Assembly (NCBI GenBank): GCA_010015805.1
Contig: ML978122.1
Span: forward strand, 124,001-188,000
DNA: 64,000 nt
Reading direction: 5' to 3'
Source of the DNA: Rhizodiscina lignyota
Taxonomy: Eukaryota
The notes beneath the pieces were generated by a model. That model was given only the letters and a program-made list of their open reading frames with translations, did no database searches and had not been told where the DNA came from. The position numbers and the translations under genes are program-made. How positions within the stretch are numbered: the stretch's first letter is position 1; the number at the start of each line of letters is the position of its first letter. Below are positions 25,759 to 39,257 of this stretch, piece after piece.

Positions 25759-26787
25759 ATGTCTTTCCTTGCACTCCCAAGAGAGCTCCGCGACAAGGTC
25801 TATGAAGAACTTCTCGTTAGGCCAGATGGTTTCTGGCTCAAGCCTCCCGTTGCCCATGGCCAATTTAGTTCAGAGAATCCGAGAACGGGGCGCGTCAGAT
25901 ACGGTATAGCCAACATCGAGACCTCTTTACTCTACGTGAACCACCAGATATCCGCCGAGGCTGCAGAAACATTGTATTCGCGCAACATCTTCCATGTTCC
26001 GTCACCGCTATCACACTTCGTCCAATGGCTTCTTCGTTTACCACCTCAGCATCGCAGAGCAATTCGGAGGTTGGAATTTCCCCAGAGACTACTAATGCCT
26101 CTTCTGTTCAACAATGTCGAGCCGTGGAAACGCGTGCTCGACATAATTGCCGGGCGAAGTCCCGACGTTGGAGCGGTTCCAATGCAACTCACCGAGGTCA
26201 AGATCTCCGTACCCCTGGACTTCCAGCTCTATGAACCAAGTCCTCAGCTGGGTCTTCGTAAGCTCCTAACCAACTCGGAACAGTTTTGGTGGCCTGCTGC
26301 AAAGTTCTTCGTCGGCATTCTGATGGAGACGCCTGATAAAAAGAGAGTGGAGGATATCAGCGATACAGAGTCAAAGCCAACTCTCGCCCGTATTGAGCTA
26401 ATCTATCCATCATTCGAGAACCGTGGCATTCCCGCCAGCCAAACGCCAGTTTTCAGGCCTCTCACTGGACCGGAAGCTGTTGATATAGAGATTCTGGAAG
26501 CGGTGCGGATGCTACGCGTTCCACGTAACAACCAGGAAGATGAAGGAACAGAGGATGAAGTGCTGGTGAAGATGATGAGGAGCGGAACTAGGGGTTCAGA
26601 TACGAAGAGAGCTTGGAAAGAATTCCACGCAGTGGAGCATATCAAGAGCAGAGAGAAGTGGGACTTTCATGTTGATTGGGAAGCAGGTGCGGAAGGTTCG
26701 CGTCTGATTATCACGCGGAGACGAGGGTCGGATCGGGTTGGTGGAGCGGGCAGTCTTGATCGTGATATCGCTCAATTGCAGATTTGA
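25759..26787 (+). CDS. Hypothetical protein with an N-terminal F-box-like motif
   Basis: 342-aa intronless ORF; MSFLALPRELRDKVYEELL and LLYVNHQISAEAAETLYSRNIF motifs. Confidence 0.85.
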   Translation: MSFLALPRELRDKVYEELLVRPDGFWLKPPVAHGQFSSENPRTGRVRYGIANIETSLLYVNHQISAEAAETLYSRNIFHVPSPLSHFVQWLLRLPPQHRRAIRRLEFPQRLLMPLLFNNVEPWKRVLDIIAGRSPDVGAVPMQLTEVKISVPLDFQLYEPSPQLGLRKLLTNSEQFWWPAAKFFVGILMETPDKKRVEDISDTESKPTLARIELIYPSFENRGIPASQTPVFRPLTGPEAVDIEILEAVRMLRVPRNNQEDEGTEDEVLVKMMRSGTRGSDTKRAWKEFHAVEHIKSREKWDFHVDWEAGAEGSRLIITRRRGSDRVGGAGSLDRDIAQLQI

Positions 26788-27292
26788 AGGCTGCATCTCT
26801 CAGATTGAACGAGAAAGAGAAATAGAAGAAGATGTGAAGGAGTTGGTTTCATCACTGAGTTTAGCATCTCTCAGAGTCTAGGCATTCTCGGCAGGAGTGG
26901 AACTACCTCTTCACGAATGAAGTTATACTTCTAGATTCGTATGCACTATGGCAAGGATATAACACAACAGAACAGGCCTGCAACTTATAGTTCTACCGTG
27001 CATTTAAGATGAACCACCACCAGCCCTAAAGCCCTGCTACCACGTGCAACAACCCGCTTTCGGCCTAGTCAGCATGCGCGGACATGACAGTCGCAACGTC
27101 AGTCCTTCCACCGTGTCCATTATCGCTTCAGATAAATTGTCTCACTACAAAGCTATCCGCTCTTTTGTCACTTTCAACGCTGAATGACCTGTCTGCTTGC
27201 TTTGTCGCTTGAGCAAACTCAAATACACTTCATAAATTCCACGTTCTTTCCTTTCGAAATCTCCGAACAGCACAACCGCCTTAACCGCCACA

Positions 27293-28309
27293 ATGTCCAC
27301 CACCGGCCAGTTCAACAAGAAGAATCCTACTATCAAACGAATATGTATGCACCCAAACATTTAAATGGTATTAATAATTAATCTCCGCGACTAACATTCC
27401 CCTCAAACAGTAAAAGAAGCCTCCGAACTCGCCAACTCCACATCCCCAGACTATCACGCCGAGCCCCTCGAATCTAACCTCTTCGAATGGCACTTCACAC
27501 TCCGTGGCCCTCCTGCACCCTCTCCCTACGCTGGCGGTATATACCACGGTCGCATCGTCCTGCCGCCCACGTACCCTCTCCGCCCTCCCATGTTCCGCTT
27601 CACCACCCCCACCGGCCGGTTCGAAGTCAACCGCGAGATCTGCCTCAGCATCTCAGGCCACCACGAGGAGACCTGGATGCCGGCGTGGGGGATTCGGACA
27701 GCACTAGTGGCGATTCGGAGTTTCATGGATACGGATGCGAAGGGGCAGGTCGGAGGCATTGACTGCGAAGACAGCGCCAGGAGGAAAATGGCGGAGCAGA
27801 GTAAGGACGTAAGATGTGCGACGTGCGGGAAGACGAATGCGGACATTATGAGGGAGAAGGAAGAGACCATCAAGGCCATGGGCCAGGAGGGGAAGCAGAA
27901 AGATGATGATGAGGTACCAGATGAACTGAGGTTCGCGTATAAGGATGAATTAGCAAAGAAAGTGGAGGAGAAAGCTACTGCGAATGAGAATGCGCAGCAA
28001 TCAGCACAAACGCCAACATCAGAACAGCAGAGTCCGGTATCAGGTTCACGATCTGCAGAACCAGCTGCGGATTCTCCGATTGCTCCACAGCCGCCGCAGG
28101 CAACAGTACCGACACCAACGAGAACGATACCAACAACAGCACCGCAGACAGAGCGGCTTATACCTCCTCCGCCACTACCCCGCCCAGGCGTGTTTCCTGA
28201 ACGACGAAGGAGGGGCAATGATGGTGTGCCGGAGTGGCTTGATAAGGCGATTTGGGCAGTCTTCATGGCGTTGGCTCTTATGATTCTAAAGAGATGGATT
28301 GCCTTTTGA
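27293..28309 (+). CDS. Ubiquitin-conjugating enzyme E2, UBE2J/Ubc6 class, tail-anchored
   Basis: Exon 1 27293-27344, intron 27345-27410. NLFEWHFTLRGP, YHGRIVLP, catalytic ICLSISGHH and a C-terminal TM helix. Confidence 0.93.
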
Positions 28310-28851
28310 GGATTTATGAGTGTCTGATGGTTGGAATTTTTGCTGATGGTTAGCGAGGCGTTCTGGATTGGGCTATACAGGGATGAATAGATGGTACTAC
28401 ACGGATGCATCCTTTTGTATGACGAGGTTCAATAAGATTTCGCAATAGCGTGAGTTACTCTGGTCGGTTTAGCTATGCTCGAGGCGGCCTTGTAAACATT
28501 GCACCGGTGAATCTAGAAAGTGTAAAGTGAGTGATTATCTTCAATTCGTATTTTGTAACACGGCTCTGCCACTAACGCATTTTCACAGTACCTCAATTTT
28601 CCGCGGGTTTAATTACACGAGGAAGGCGCCCCGCGGGTGCCTAGCTTCTATATCAACCTCTAACCTTCTCCCAACTTCTGCCTACTTTCAACACCATCTC
28701 CAACGATACTCTGTGTCTTCTGGCAGGTTTCTTTATAGCTGGAAACAACGCTTCGAACAACGTTCAAAGACTCCTAACAACAAGTAATATCGCCGACGCA
28801 AAGCTCAGAGCCTGCAAACAAGAAATAATCCCATCCAAGCGCAACTCCAAT

Positions 28852-30437
28852 ATGGTCGAAGTGAAGCCGCGGGGCAAATTTCCCTGCACTTTCAAGGGCT
28901 GCTACGCCAGTTTTGAGACGGAGGGCGAGCTGAAGCGGCACAAGAGAAATAACGATGAGCACGACTACTGCGAGATACATAACAAGGACTTTGAGAGTTG
29001 GGACGAGCTGGTACTTCACAAAGCGGTCGGAGAGGACAGCAAGGATCACATTACATGCCAGTGGTGCGGCATGGACTTTGGTTCTCAGGGCGGTCGTGAG
29101 AGGCACATCAGACAGGTATGCATATCCCATTTCACGCTTCTATCATCTTCTAGTGCAAGTCGACTAACGAGCCTTATCTTCAGCACCATCCAAAGGACCA
29201 AAACATTCCATGCCCGGGTGGCCCAGATTGCGGCGAGACTTTCGCCCGTGCTTCAGGCGTCGCTGCTCACCTTGAGATGGGCATGTGCACGGTGATCACA
29301 TCTGCGCAGTATTGGGCCCAGGTATACCACAAGTTCATCCACAAAAAGGTCATGGACGATCCAGGCAGGGCCGACAAAGAGGACTATGAGAATGCCGCTC
29401 GAGACACTGACGTGAGCGGAGGTGTCTCAATCACTCATCTCTTCGGAGGAGAGTCTGATCCTCCGGGCCTTGTGTCGCCACTACAGCCGCAAAAGTCTGG
29501 CAATGTTGGCAGTGGTTCCAGGCTGAATGACGCCTTTCCGGCCCTGTTACCAATCGGAGAAAAGACTGGCAACGCTAGCAATAGCCAGGACCTCGGAGGC
29601 ACTACTCTGGTTTTGCCAGACAGGACGAAGAAGAAGAAGAAGGACCGCCCGCTTGAGAAAGAGACACATCCGCTCGATATGCCGGTGGAAGACTACGAGA
29701 AGCGCCTCAAGAATGTTAAGGTTCATGTCTCAGGCCAGAAGGAAGACCCCACTCCTGCTGAAGCTGCAGCCGCAGCCGGCCAGGAAACCGCGAAGCCCTG
29801 GGCCAAAGGATCTTCCGCGTCCAAGGAGCTCTTCCGAGATGCGAAACCAACACCGCCAACTACAAACTGGCAGAAGCGCGCCGACGAGCAGAACGAGCAG
29901 CAGGCCAAAACCTTTGTTCCGAAAGGCAGATTCGACCCCGACGACCCCAACTTTGTCCTCGAGTATTTCCGTCACGTCATCACCGAAAACTGGGTCTGCA
30001 ATTTCCCCAAGTGTGTCTACCCCCACGAATTCGAGACCATCGAGGAAATCACGCATCATCTCCGCACGACGCACCGCCTCATCGAGTTGCGCTGCAACAT
30101 CTGCCTAAAGATATTCACCACGACGTACGGCCTCATCGGGCACTGCGAGGCCGCCAACGGCCGCTGCCAGGTCGCGCGCTCGAAGAACTTTGGCGTGTTC
30201 ATCGATATGATTAGTGGCGGGTTCTTGACTGCGAAGACGGTGGTAAGGGACGACGTCGAGTTCACAGTTGAGGAAGAATATGAGGACGGCACGAAGGAGG
30301 TCAAGACGATGAAGATGGATCATGTTAAGTGGGTGGGCGCGGTACCGGCTGAGCTTGAGTGGGGTGGAGACAAGAATGGAAATGGAAATGGAAATGGGAA
30401 AAAGACTGTGGTTGCCGGCTATGATTTGAGGAAGTAA
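28852..30437 (+). CDS. Multi-C2H2 zinc-finger protein
   Basis: N-terminal C2H2 fingers; intron 29116-29183 in frame; C-terminal fingers CNFPKC..HLRTTH and CNICLK..HC. Confidence 0.88.
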
Positions 30438-31028
30438 GGGTGTGCAGTTGGGAAAGATATGAGGTTGCTGCTACTTTACACTTACCCCATAGACTGGCAT
30501 GTGGGATAACAGCTTGGGGTCTGGATCGGGCACTGGCTGAAATGGTGGCGTTTCTTTGCTTTTACAGTCGGACTTCAACTGGCAAGTGGCTCCTCTGGAT
30601 GCTTAGAACAGCCCCTTGGCGTTACAGCTTATAGGTATCGGTGTCGTGATTGAGGGAACTGGGTAGTTCTCTTCAGAACGAGGCCTAATGGCGGATCACA
30701 CAAATAGGCATTTCATGATAGACCGTGATTTCAAAATCTCATCGAGTTTCCCACAATCTCAGCTGTCTGGTCACACTTTTTTGACCCTCTCCATTAGAGA
30801 TGCCAACTTCCGCTTCCAATCAACAATATGTCGCGCTTCAATACGCTCCCGTCACCCACTCTTACAATATCTCCACGAAATCGATTCAGAACTCACAAGC
30901 AAATGCAAATGCAATAATCTGTTCAGTTGTATCAGCATAGCTCCGTTAATGCACAAAGACACTAAGCTATCCGTCACCACCTCCGCTCTTTATCAAATTT
31001 GCTATACCAGCATCTCCACTTCAGACAT

Positions 31029-31232
31029 TCAGAGTTCACGCCGCGACCTGCCTATCCAAGGTGCACTACGCCGGCTCAGACTCAGTAGTATGGTCTGTCT
31101 GCCCGAGGGCCTTGTCGTCGGCACTGTCACCTCAATACGAGCAGTTTGAACAGTATCGCGATGCGAGGCGACACGATCTGGAGGCACAATAATGAGACTA
31201 AGAGCGCAGAAAAGAATAAGAATGACCTTCAT
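31029..31232 (-). CDS. Possible small secreted peptide or decayed secreted-protein gene
   Basis: MKVILILFCALSLIIV resembles a signal peptide; TATAAA at 31329-31324 lies ~90 nt upstream. No recognisable domain. Confidence 0.3.
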   Translation of the reverse strand: MKVILILFCALSLIIVPPDRVASHRDTVQTARIEVTVPTTRPSGRQTILLSLSRRSAPWIGRSRREL

Positions 31233-31964
31233 GTCCAAGGTTCCTCTGGGGTGCTTGTTGTTGAACTATGAATTCCTTAAAGTGTTGGACAACTAGGGGA
31301 GAAGAGCAGAAAATATGATAACCTTTATAAAGTTGACATTTGGTATGACCGACTCGCTAATTCATGCGAATGGGTACGAGAGCGGAAATTGCTTGGCGGA
31401 TGGACTTTGCGGTTTCACGAATGATGAAGGCTTTTCAAGTTTGTAGAAAACCAAGCAAATGTGCAACTGGGCTGTTCGATGTGAGTCTTAGCTACCCAGG
31501 AGTTGCACTGGGCATCGCCAATGGTTCGGATTGGTGCCACATCCCCAGTGAAGGGTATCGGTAGGATGGTAGCGTGTACGGTGGTGCGTCTGGAGTTTCG
31601 TATTTTGTGGCTGGGAAGCATAAAACCGGACCGGGCGAAAGAAGGCCTGAAACTTCGACACCATGCAAAGATAAAGGAAATGGTAGACCGGTACTTCCAT
31701 AAGAAATATGCATTGCTGAATACCATTGTACTTTGGGCTCTGTTAACAGCGCATTACTGCGGATTCATAGCGAGTAGGCTATTCGTTCTCCCATAGTTGA
31801 ACAGCAATGTAGTACAAGATAATGGACATCTTCAAACTCCCGAGCAATCGTGACAGCCGCCAGAAAGAACGCCAGCTGGGTCAATCATTCTACAACGCCG
31901 TAGATGTCAAAGAAAGCAAAGGCGATGATATAATAAGTAAAATCCACAGACGCACGTGCCATGC

Positions 31965-34900
31965 CTACCATGCCGCAACATCGTGATCAAAGCGAGCTAA
32001 TTCCTTCCCAGAATCCTCGACATCCTTCTTTGCTTTCATGCGCATGTAGAAAATCGGACAGTCCCTGCTACTGCAGATGACCTCCGAATGCATGCTACCT
32101 TGACAACGTTGACACTGTGTCCAAAGGCGGGCAAAGCGAACCTCCAGTTCAGAAACCTTCGTGAGCGTCTTCTGATATAGCTCGGGGAAGCGGTGACGGT
32201 CGTTAGCACACACGGCTCCATCACGCTCTTCCGCCGAGATAAGAGGCTTTTTGCAACCCATGCACGTCTGTGTCTTTTTTGCGAACTTCATGAGCCCACC
32301 CATCGTCGGAGCCGCAACGGAGATTGTACGCGTATGTTCGCCAGTGAGCAACGATGCTGCTTTCTTCTCGCCCATAATTGGCTCGAAGATACGCTCCAGA
32401 GGCTTGGCCAGCTGGTTGTCTAGATAATATTTTGTGTCAATCGGGAGATTATTTTCCAGGACGTAGATCGGATCCTCGCTCTTTTCGTAGTTCTTGCTGC
32501 CGCCCGCCCCCTTGACGATGACATACGCGACACGATCACCCAGGGCAGGAGCACTACCAGCGTCACGCTTCTTCATGCGCTCAGCTAGTTCGACGTGAGC
32601 TTGCTTTCCATCATAGTTTGTCTTGGTCAAGGCTTTCGTGATGACGAGATTCGACATATCGATCTTATTTTGCAAAAGGTCGGAAATTGTTTCTTTGACG
32701 TATCTGTGATATTGTTAGTCTTTGCTAATACCTGAACGATGAAGCAACACTCACTCTTGTGCACCGTTAACATCGCGGTCAATCAAAAGCATTCGAAGAG
32801 ATGTCTCAATGACCGTCTGAACAAGCCGGCAATTGTCTCTTCGAACTGTTTCGATACCTTTGCTGTCCATCTTGTCGAACTTGTCTGGATTTGTCCAATA
32901 CAGTCCAGCATATCGCTTCTTGTTGATGAGCAGATACGGGAAGTAGACCTTCTCGAATTCGAGTTTAATGGGATTCCGGAACTTGGAGGACATAAACTGT
33001 GCAGCCTCCTGTCCAAGCTCCATCGTTTTTCCCACATCGGTCAAGCCAAATTTCACCATGACGGAATCAGTGTCGCCGTATATGACTTGAGCATCATGCG
33101 TATAGCCATTCGCCATAGTGTACTGCTTCTCCACCTCATCCTTCGTCATTTCAATCATTTGCCGACCATAACTGGTTGTGCTACTTGCAATTTCCAAGCA
33201 CGGCAACTTGCCCACAGTGGCACCCGTTAAACCATAAACACTGTTTGCGCTGACTTTCAAAGCAAGCTGGCGACCGTTCAAGACAGCCTTCTTGAAAGGA
33301 TCAGTCTCCACAGCAAGTTCCTTCTTAGCTCTCTTACGAGCCCCAAGGAGTTCCTCGAGAATCTGCGAGAGCAATCCTTTGCGCTTATTGGCGGTGACGA
33401 ACATATCTCCGTTTGGCGTGACTATGTAATCTTCGTCCTTCTTCAAGTGGAAGCTGTCGACAGCTTTCTTGTTGAGCAACGTCGTGTAGCAGAGGTTGTG
33501 CGCTTGAATAATACTGGGATACAGGGAGGCGAAGTCGAGCGTCGCAATGGGTACGTCGTAATATCCTCTGGTGGGTTCAATGACTGTAGCTCCTTCGTAC
33601 TGCTCATCTGAGCCAGACTCTGGTCGGGGTAAGTCAGGAATGACAAGGTCCTGTTCTAGGGCCTTTCGAAAAAGCTGGCTGATGAACTTGACTTGTTGAC
33701 CTCTGGCAAGAAGGAAGTTGAAGGGAACACCAGTGACTCTTGCCATCTCAGTATAGTTGACAAGACACATAAGTTTGTCCATCAAGCGCTGGGGCAAATA
33801 CGCGTCCTTCAAGCAGTACACTGCCAGACGTCTTCTGTTGTTCGAGTCTCCGTTGAACAGCTCTGTAATCATCGTGTGATGTACATCCTCCTTCTGCTCG
33901 TTCAGGAAATGGGCGCAGACAGCATTCAGCGTGTAGCTTCGCAGTTGGTAGTCCCTTTGGATAAGCTGGAGCAAATCCAACTGCAAGCGACCGTTGGTGT
34001 TTGTCGACTTGGTATCTCGGTTGCCCATTTGCTTGCTCGAGAAATTTGTCGCCTTCGCTTCAGACTTGACGTTCTTGAGACGGCTGAAGAAGGGAAATCG
34101 TCCAACCTTCAAAAATGCGGCTCGATCCAGGAGATACGGAAAGTCGAAGTTGGCAATGTTGTACCCTATGATCACATCCGGGTCTACCTTTTCGACGAAA
34201 TCTCTCCACCCCATGAGCAGCTTCTCCTCAGCATCGTACTCAAAGATTTGAGTATTGACGATGAGACTGCAGGTGTCCAGACAAAAGACGTTTCGGACGA
34301 AAGGCTTCTCCTCGCCATATCGAGTGACGACGTTTGCGATTTGAATGACAGGATCGACGTTGGGCTCAGGGAACACTCCTCTTCTCCCAGCACACTCAAT
34401 ATCGAAAGACAGAACCCGAAGTGGAGCTATCTTGGACCATTCTCCGTCGATCGGATGGGCGATCAGGTCTTTGTAGTGGACGTAGGCTTCAATCTGACAG
34501 TTAGATTGCCGTTCACGGGCATTGATCATCCGGTATTTCGTCTTATCTACGGACACCCATGACATGCCAGCAATCTGCTTCGGTTAGCATGGCATCAATG
34601 ATGTTGTGGATTTTTCAACCCACCTTTGTGTCGACCATGAATCTCAGAACATATTGAATATTGTCAAAGGTGAGTATGCCTCCTTCCACTCCTTTCCAAA
34701 GACCCTTGTAGTTGGCCTCGCCATCCTTGATTTTCGCGCGAACTCTAGCGATGTATTTTGGATCGGTCACAGTAACCCTCAGGTACGGGCTCTTCTGGTT
34801 GCCTTGAAAGCCGAAGAGGTTCTCTCTCATGACCATTCTGACCGAGTGGATAACGGGTTGATGTTGGCCCATCCTCGTTTCAAGCCAGTTTCGGAAATCG

Positions 34901-35443
34901 TTGCAGTCAGATGGTTGAAAGCCAGATGGTGCAGCAATGTAGAGATAGTGCAGGAAGTCGGTAACATGTAGGAGCACAGAATGTCCATCCTGTAAGGTAG
35001 TTAGTACATGTCTTCATGTGTAAATGAGACGATTGAAAGCATACCTCTGTAACGCCGAACAATTTCACAGTGGTCTTGCCACCATGGAGAGTCCCCTCCT
35101 CTGCCTCAATTTGCTGAAAGGTGAGGTCGTGCGTCTTCTCGTCAAAGTCATCGGCAAGAGGTGGGCGAGTCCATTGCTGATCTTTCTCGGAGTTCTTCTT
35201 CTTTAATCCATGGATGTCCTGAGTTAGCTTCTCCAAGACTTCCGCTTCGAAATGGCTCTTCGGTTGGCTCGATCCAGGATTGCTACTGTTTGGTCCCCTT
35301 GCGAGAGTGTTCAGAGCCTTGATCGGAGTGCCATCAAGCTTTCTCTTCTTGGCTGACTGAGGAGATGCTACGATATTGCTTCGCGTATTCGTAGTCTCCT
35401 GGAGGATCCGCTTTGCGGGGGGCCTGGAAACGACGGCAGGCAT
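31965..35443 (-). CDS. POL3: DNA polymerase delta catalytic subunit
   Basis: Exonuclease motif SFDIEC, polymerase motifs [18 protein letters not shown] and YGDTDS, C-terminal Cys motifs (CQRCQG..CSSRDC). Introns near 35044-34991, 34623-34574 and 32754-32704. Confidence 0.98.
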
Positions 35444-35563
35444 GATTAAAAGAGAAGATTGACCGCGACGGACTCGAGCATGTAAGAAGTTTGATCAAGT
35501 CGTCTGCATACGAACTCGCCGTTGGTGAAGTGGCGTGTCGAGTATTTATCAGAGCGGGTGTAG

Positions 35564-35597
35564 ACGCGACTGAGGAACGGTACGCGTTGTGACGCGA
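35564..35597. promoter_or_regulatory. Cluster of MCB-like (MBF) cell-cycle elements
   Basis: ACGCGA at 35564, ACGCGT at 35582 and ACGCGA at 35592, 120-155 nt upstream of the POL3 ATG. Confidence 0.65.
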
Positions 35598-36034
35598 TCT
35601 CCTTAATCCGTCATAGCGCGGGCAATTAACGGCAATAGGATAAGCACGCGCCGTGCCGAGCTTGACCCACCGCTCCGGAGTTGGCCCGCTCGGCGCCCGT
35701 TAAGCATTTTCCTACCTGCAAGCACGTGCTCACCGTTTTCTACAACCTCAACCCCAGCATTTCAGCTAAACCGACAATGGAAATCGCTGCACACCGGTGA
35801 ACATCGCCTCGGTCTGGCACTATCTGGCGATTTCATCAGTCAAACTAAATCCTGGACTGTCAAGTAACTCTTGCTGGGTAATTTGGGCGACGGTCATCGT
35901 TCTGAGCTGAACTCAACCGCTTCATTCGGAGGAGGCTGGGACTCTTGACGTCGCGGCGGCTGAACCACGGCTGAACCAACCAAGGCGAGTATTAACACAA
36001 CACATCACCACCGGTCGCGCGATCCTCAGAGACC

Positions 36035-37489
36035 ATGGGCCACTTGTCGCCCAAAAGAAAACAACATTCGCCGCAGTCGAAGGCAGGCCTCCAAATTCAA
36101 CCTGCGAAAGCAGCTCTTCGTCGGCGATATCATCAAACCCATCTGCAGACGTGGGCATACGATCATTTCAGATTCGCAAACTTCCGGGGCTGGATTACGA
36201 CATCTCCAGAGAACAAATCATACGCTCTTGGAAAGCCCGTTCTATGTCTTATCCGGTCAACTAACTCTTCAGAGGTCGTCAAGATCCACCTGAAACTCTT
36301 TCGGCGCCAAGGGAGGAGAGGCGGGGCTCAGCAGGGAACTTATTACGCCTTGATACGAGTTGGCGGAGGCTGGATGAATGAACAGGACTGGTTTCGAAAC
36401 TTTACGATCGAAAAAGCCAGGATACCAAACTACGACGCAAAGTGGTGGTCCTTCAGGTCCGGTTCAGGGCCAAAAGATTCGGTCATGGAAGATCAGGTGA
36501 AGCCCAGCGACTGGGTAGATCTAGGACACAAATTCCGCTTACTTGATCTACCACGAGACGTCTTCGATCACATCTCCCAGTTTGTCGCCGACAAACCACC
36601 CGAATTCCTCTTCGAACAAGACCGAATGACCAAGAAGGGCCGGTACACCTGCAATTATTTCCCTGGACATCGAGACCTCATCAACTATTCACGTGTTTGC
36701 AAAGGCCTCAACAGCGCCGTAAATAGCTGGTGCTATTCAACATCGACCTTCGTATTCCAAAGCCGCGCCGCATTCTTCCAGTTCCTCTCGGAAATAGGCG
36801 AGCAGAATCGTTCACGGCTCAAGAAGGTGGTCTTGCAATTGACTTGTTACGACTACTTCGACATCTTCACTCCCGGTCCCCAGGTATCGATGCTGGACGT
36901 GCCAATCTGGAGCTTCCAAAACATAAAGCTCCGCGCGATGCTACCAACACTTCGGCTGGAAGAGCTCGTGATACGAATACCCGACGGGAGTTCTATGCGT
37001 GGCGAGTATGCTCCTCCTTCATACGATGACTCCCCCATTGCAGCACGGCTTGTTCCGCAAGTCGATATCTCCTGGATCATGATGTCTGTTCTGGAGGTAC
37101 AGCGCGAGATGGGGTTCGCAAATCGCCTTCGATTCGAAGCAGCCAACGCCCCGCACAGAACAATAGAGACTGGGCCTCCATACGTGCTGGACTGGGAAGT
37201 TGTTCTGTAAGCATGTACTGAAACTCCCCATTAATGGCACTAACATCTCTACAGCCATGCAACTCTACATTTCCAAGGAGACTACAGCTTCTTGGCCCAG
37301 TGGCTGAACAGATACAAAAAGAGCGACGCGATGAAAGTTGTATGGCCGCGCGATCAGGTGCCATGTACAGCACACTGCGTGAGGAAATTCTGCCGAGGAA
37401 CTTGCAGAAGGGTTTGCGTGATCGATCATATGATAAAGGAGCTGCTAGTTCTAGGGGAACATGACAGTGAGAGCACACACTCCCTCTAG
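36035..37489 (+). CDS. Hypothetical protein with an internal F-box-like motif (start uncertain)
   Basis: 391-aa ORF with FRLLDLPRDVFDHI. Intron 37207-37254 (GTAAGC..ACTAAC..CAG) links in frame to ORF 37292-37489. Confidence 0.7.
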
Positions 37490-37994
37490 ACGCACTAAAA
37501 GGATTATACTTGTGCAGGGCAGAATCGGGTTCTCAAAAGACCAGAAACAGTATGGCTAAACGTCAATGGACGCATCGAAAAAATCAACAAGACGATCTCC
37601 ATAAGAGCAGAGATCAGAGTGACGTCGGCTGAGCGTTCGGTGGGATTCGACACGTGGAGCAGCAGTGAGTGTTTCAGTGAGATAGAGTCGCTCAGCAGCT
37701 AGCAATGTAGCATCATCAATACACTAGCATTTTATGAAATCCGTACAATAGGCTCTTCCAATACCGCTCCGCATTCATTTTAGAAGAAGGAGGTTGAGTA
37801 TCGAGAAATATCTTTGGTTTTGTCGTGCATCCAGATGCTCCACGCGCATGAACCTCGGCACATAGCGTCCAACCTCGCGCTGCTGAACCTCACCACAGCT
37901 GGAGACAACCCATCATGAAATGAAATGTCTCATTCTCCAGCTTAGTTGTCGATCGCTCCTCTTCTCATGACTCTTTAAAGCATTCACGCTCATC

Positions 37995-39257
37995 ATGGCG
38001 GACGATCCAGATCCTTACGCCTCGCCTTGGAACGGCAATCAATATCGCCCGTTCACGGAGCTCATGGCACTTGAGAAACTGGATGACTGGACCTTCAGAT
38101 CAATAGCAAAGCCGTTTTCTCCATCCGACGCGACCGCTGCGTATGGCGGGCATGTGTATGCACAGGCGGTGTATGCGGCCAGTAAGACGGTGAATGCGGA
38201 TTTAGTTGTTTGTGTATGTAGGTGAATCGTATTTAGCATTCAGTCAATTTGCGTCTTGTATGCATAGTTTTAATTTTTCGCTTCATTTGGAAGTATTGCT
38301 CGATATATACGCTTCGTATGCTACTCTTACTCCTCAATATATTATCTCTTCTTGGTCCAACACTATCGCTGTCCACTAAACTAACTGAGAATCAATACCC
38401 AGAATGTCACAGGCATCTTCACACTACCCGCCAACACCAATCAGCCACTAACATATCATATCCGCCGTATCAGAGACGGCGGCATGTTCGCAACTCGCCT
38501 TGTCGACGTAATCCAGCGCGAGGACAAGGGCATCTGCTTCTCATGCACCGCAACGTTCAAGCGCGAAGAAGCCGACCATCTGAACCTCCAGGAGCGTGCC
38601 AATCTGTCCGAAAAGTACATCACCGTGCTGAAAGGCAAGAACCCCGAAGACCACGAGGAATGTCCCGGCGTGGACTCGCCTTGGTTTTGGCAGAACCTCA
38701 AGGACCACGAGTACAAGAACAACCCAAAGTTTCCAGGACTGCACTGCACAAAGGTCGACATGCGAGCGTACAATGAGCCTCGACCTCTGCTTGAGAGGAG
38801 GCAGTTGCAGTATTACGCCGTGATGGGAGATATGCCGTCACTTCGACAGGATCCGAATCTGCACGCCTGTACACATCTCTACGCCAGCGATCGCAATAGT
38901 TTGTTCTCAGTCACGAATATGCTGGACGTTGGAGACGACTATATGCAAATGGCATCGCTGTCACATACTGTCATTCTCCATGTTAATCCTGACGGAATGA
39001 ATGCGGTCAAAAGACAAGCAGCTGGGAAGCCAGGGACGGGCAAGAAGTGGTTCTGTCAGGAAGCATGGGCTACCAGAAATGCAGTTGGCAGAACACTGCA
39101 TGAAAGCAAGATATGGGATGACGAGGGTGTACATATAGCGACGACGATACAGGATGGATTGGTCAGGCTTGGTCCAGGGACTAGAGGAGAGAGGATGCGA
39201 GAGGACTTTGAGAGGGTTATGAGAGAGAGGGAGAGTGGGAGTAAGGGAAAGCTATGA
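37995..39257 (+). CDS. Acyl-CoA thioesterase II (TesB/Tes1 family), likely peroxisomal
   Basis: YGGHVYAQA, RIRDGG, HLYASDRNSL, MASLSHTV and TIQDGLVR motifs. Intron 38214-38402. C-terminal -GKL is PTS1-like. Confidence 0.92.

Noticed and set aside
27526..28410. 294-aa minus-strand ORF
   Set aside because: Antisense to the UBE2J-type gene.
33693..34562. 289-aa plus-strand ORF (also 32739-33230)
   Set aside because: Antisense shadow of POL3.
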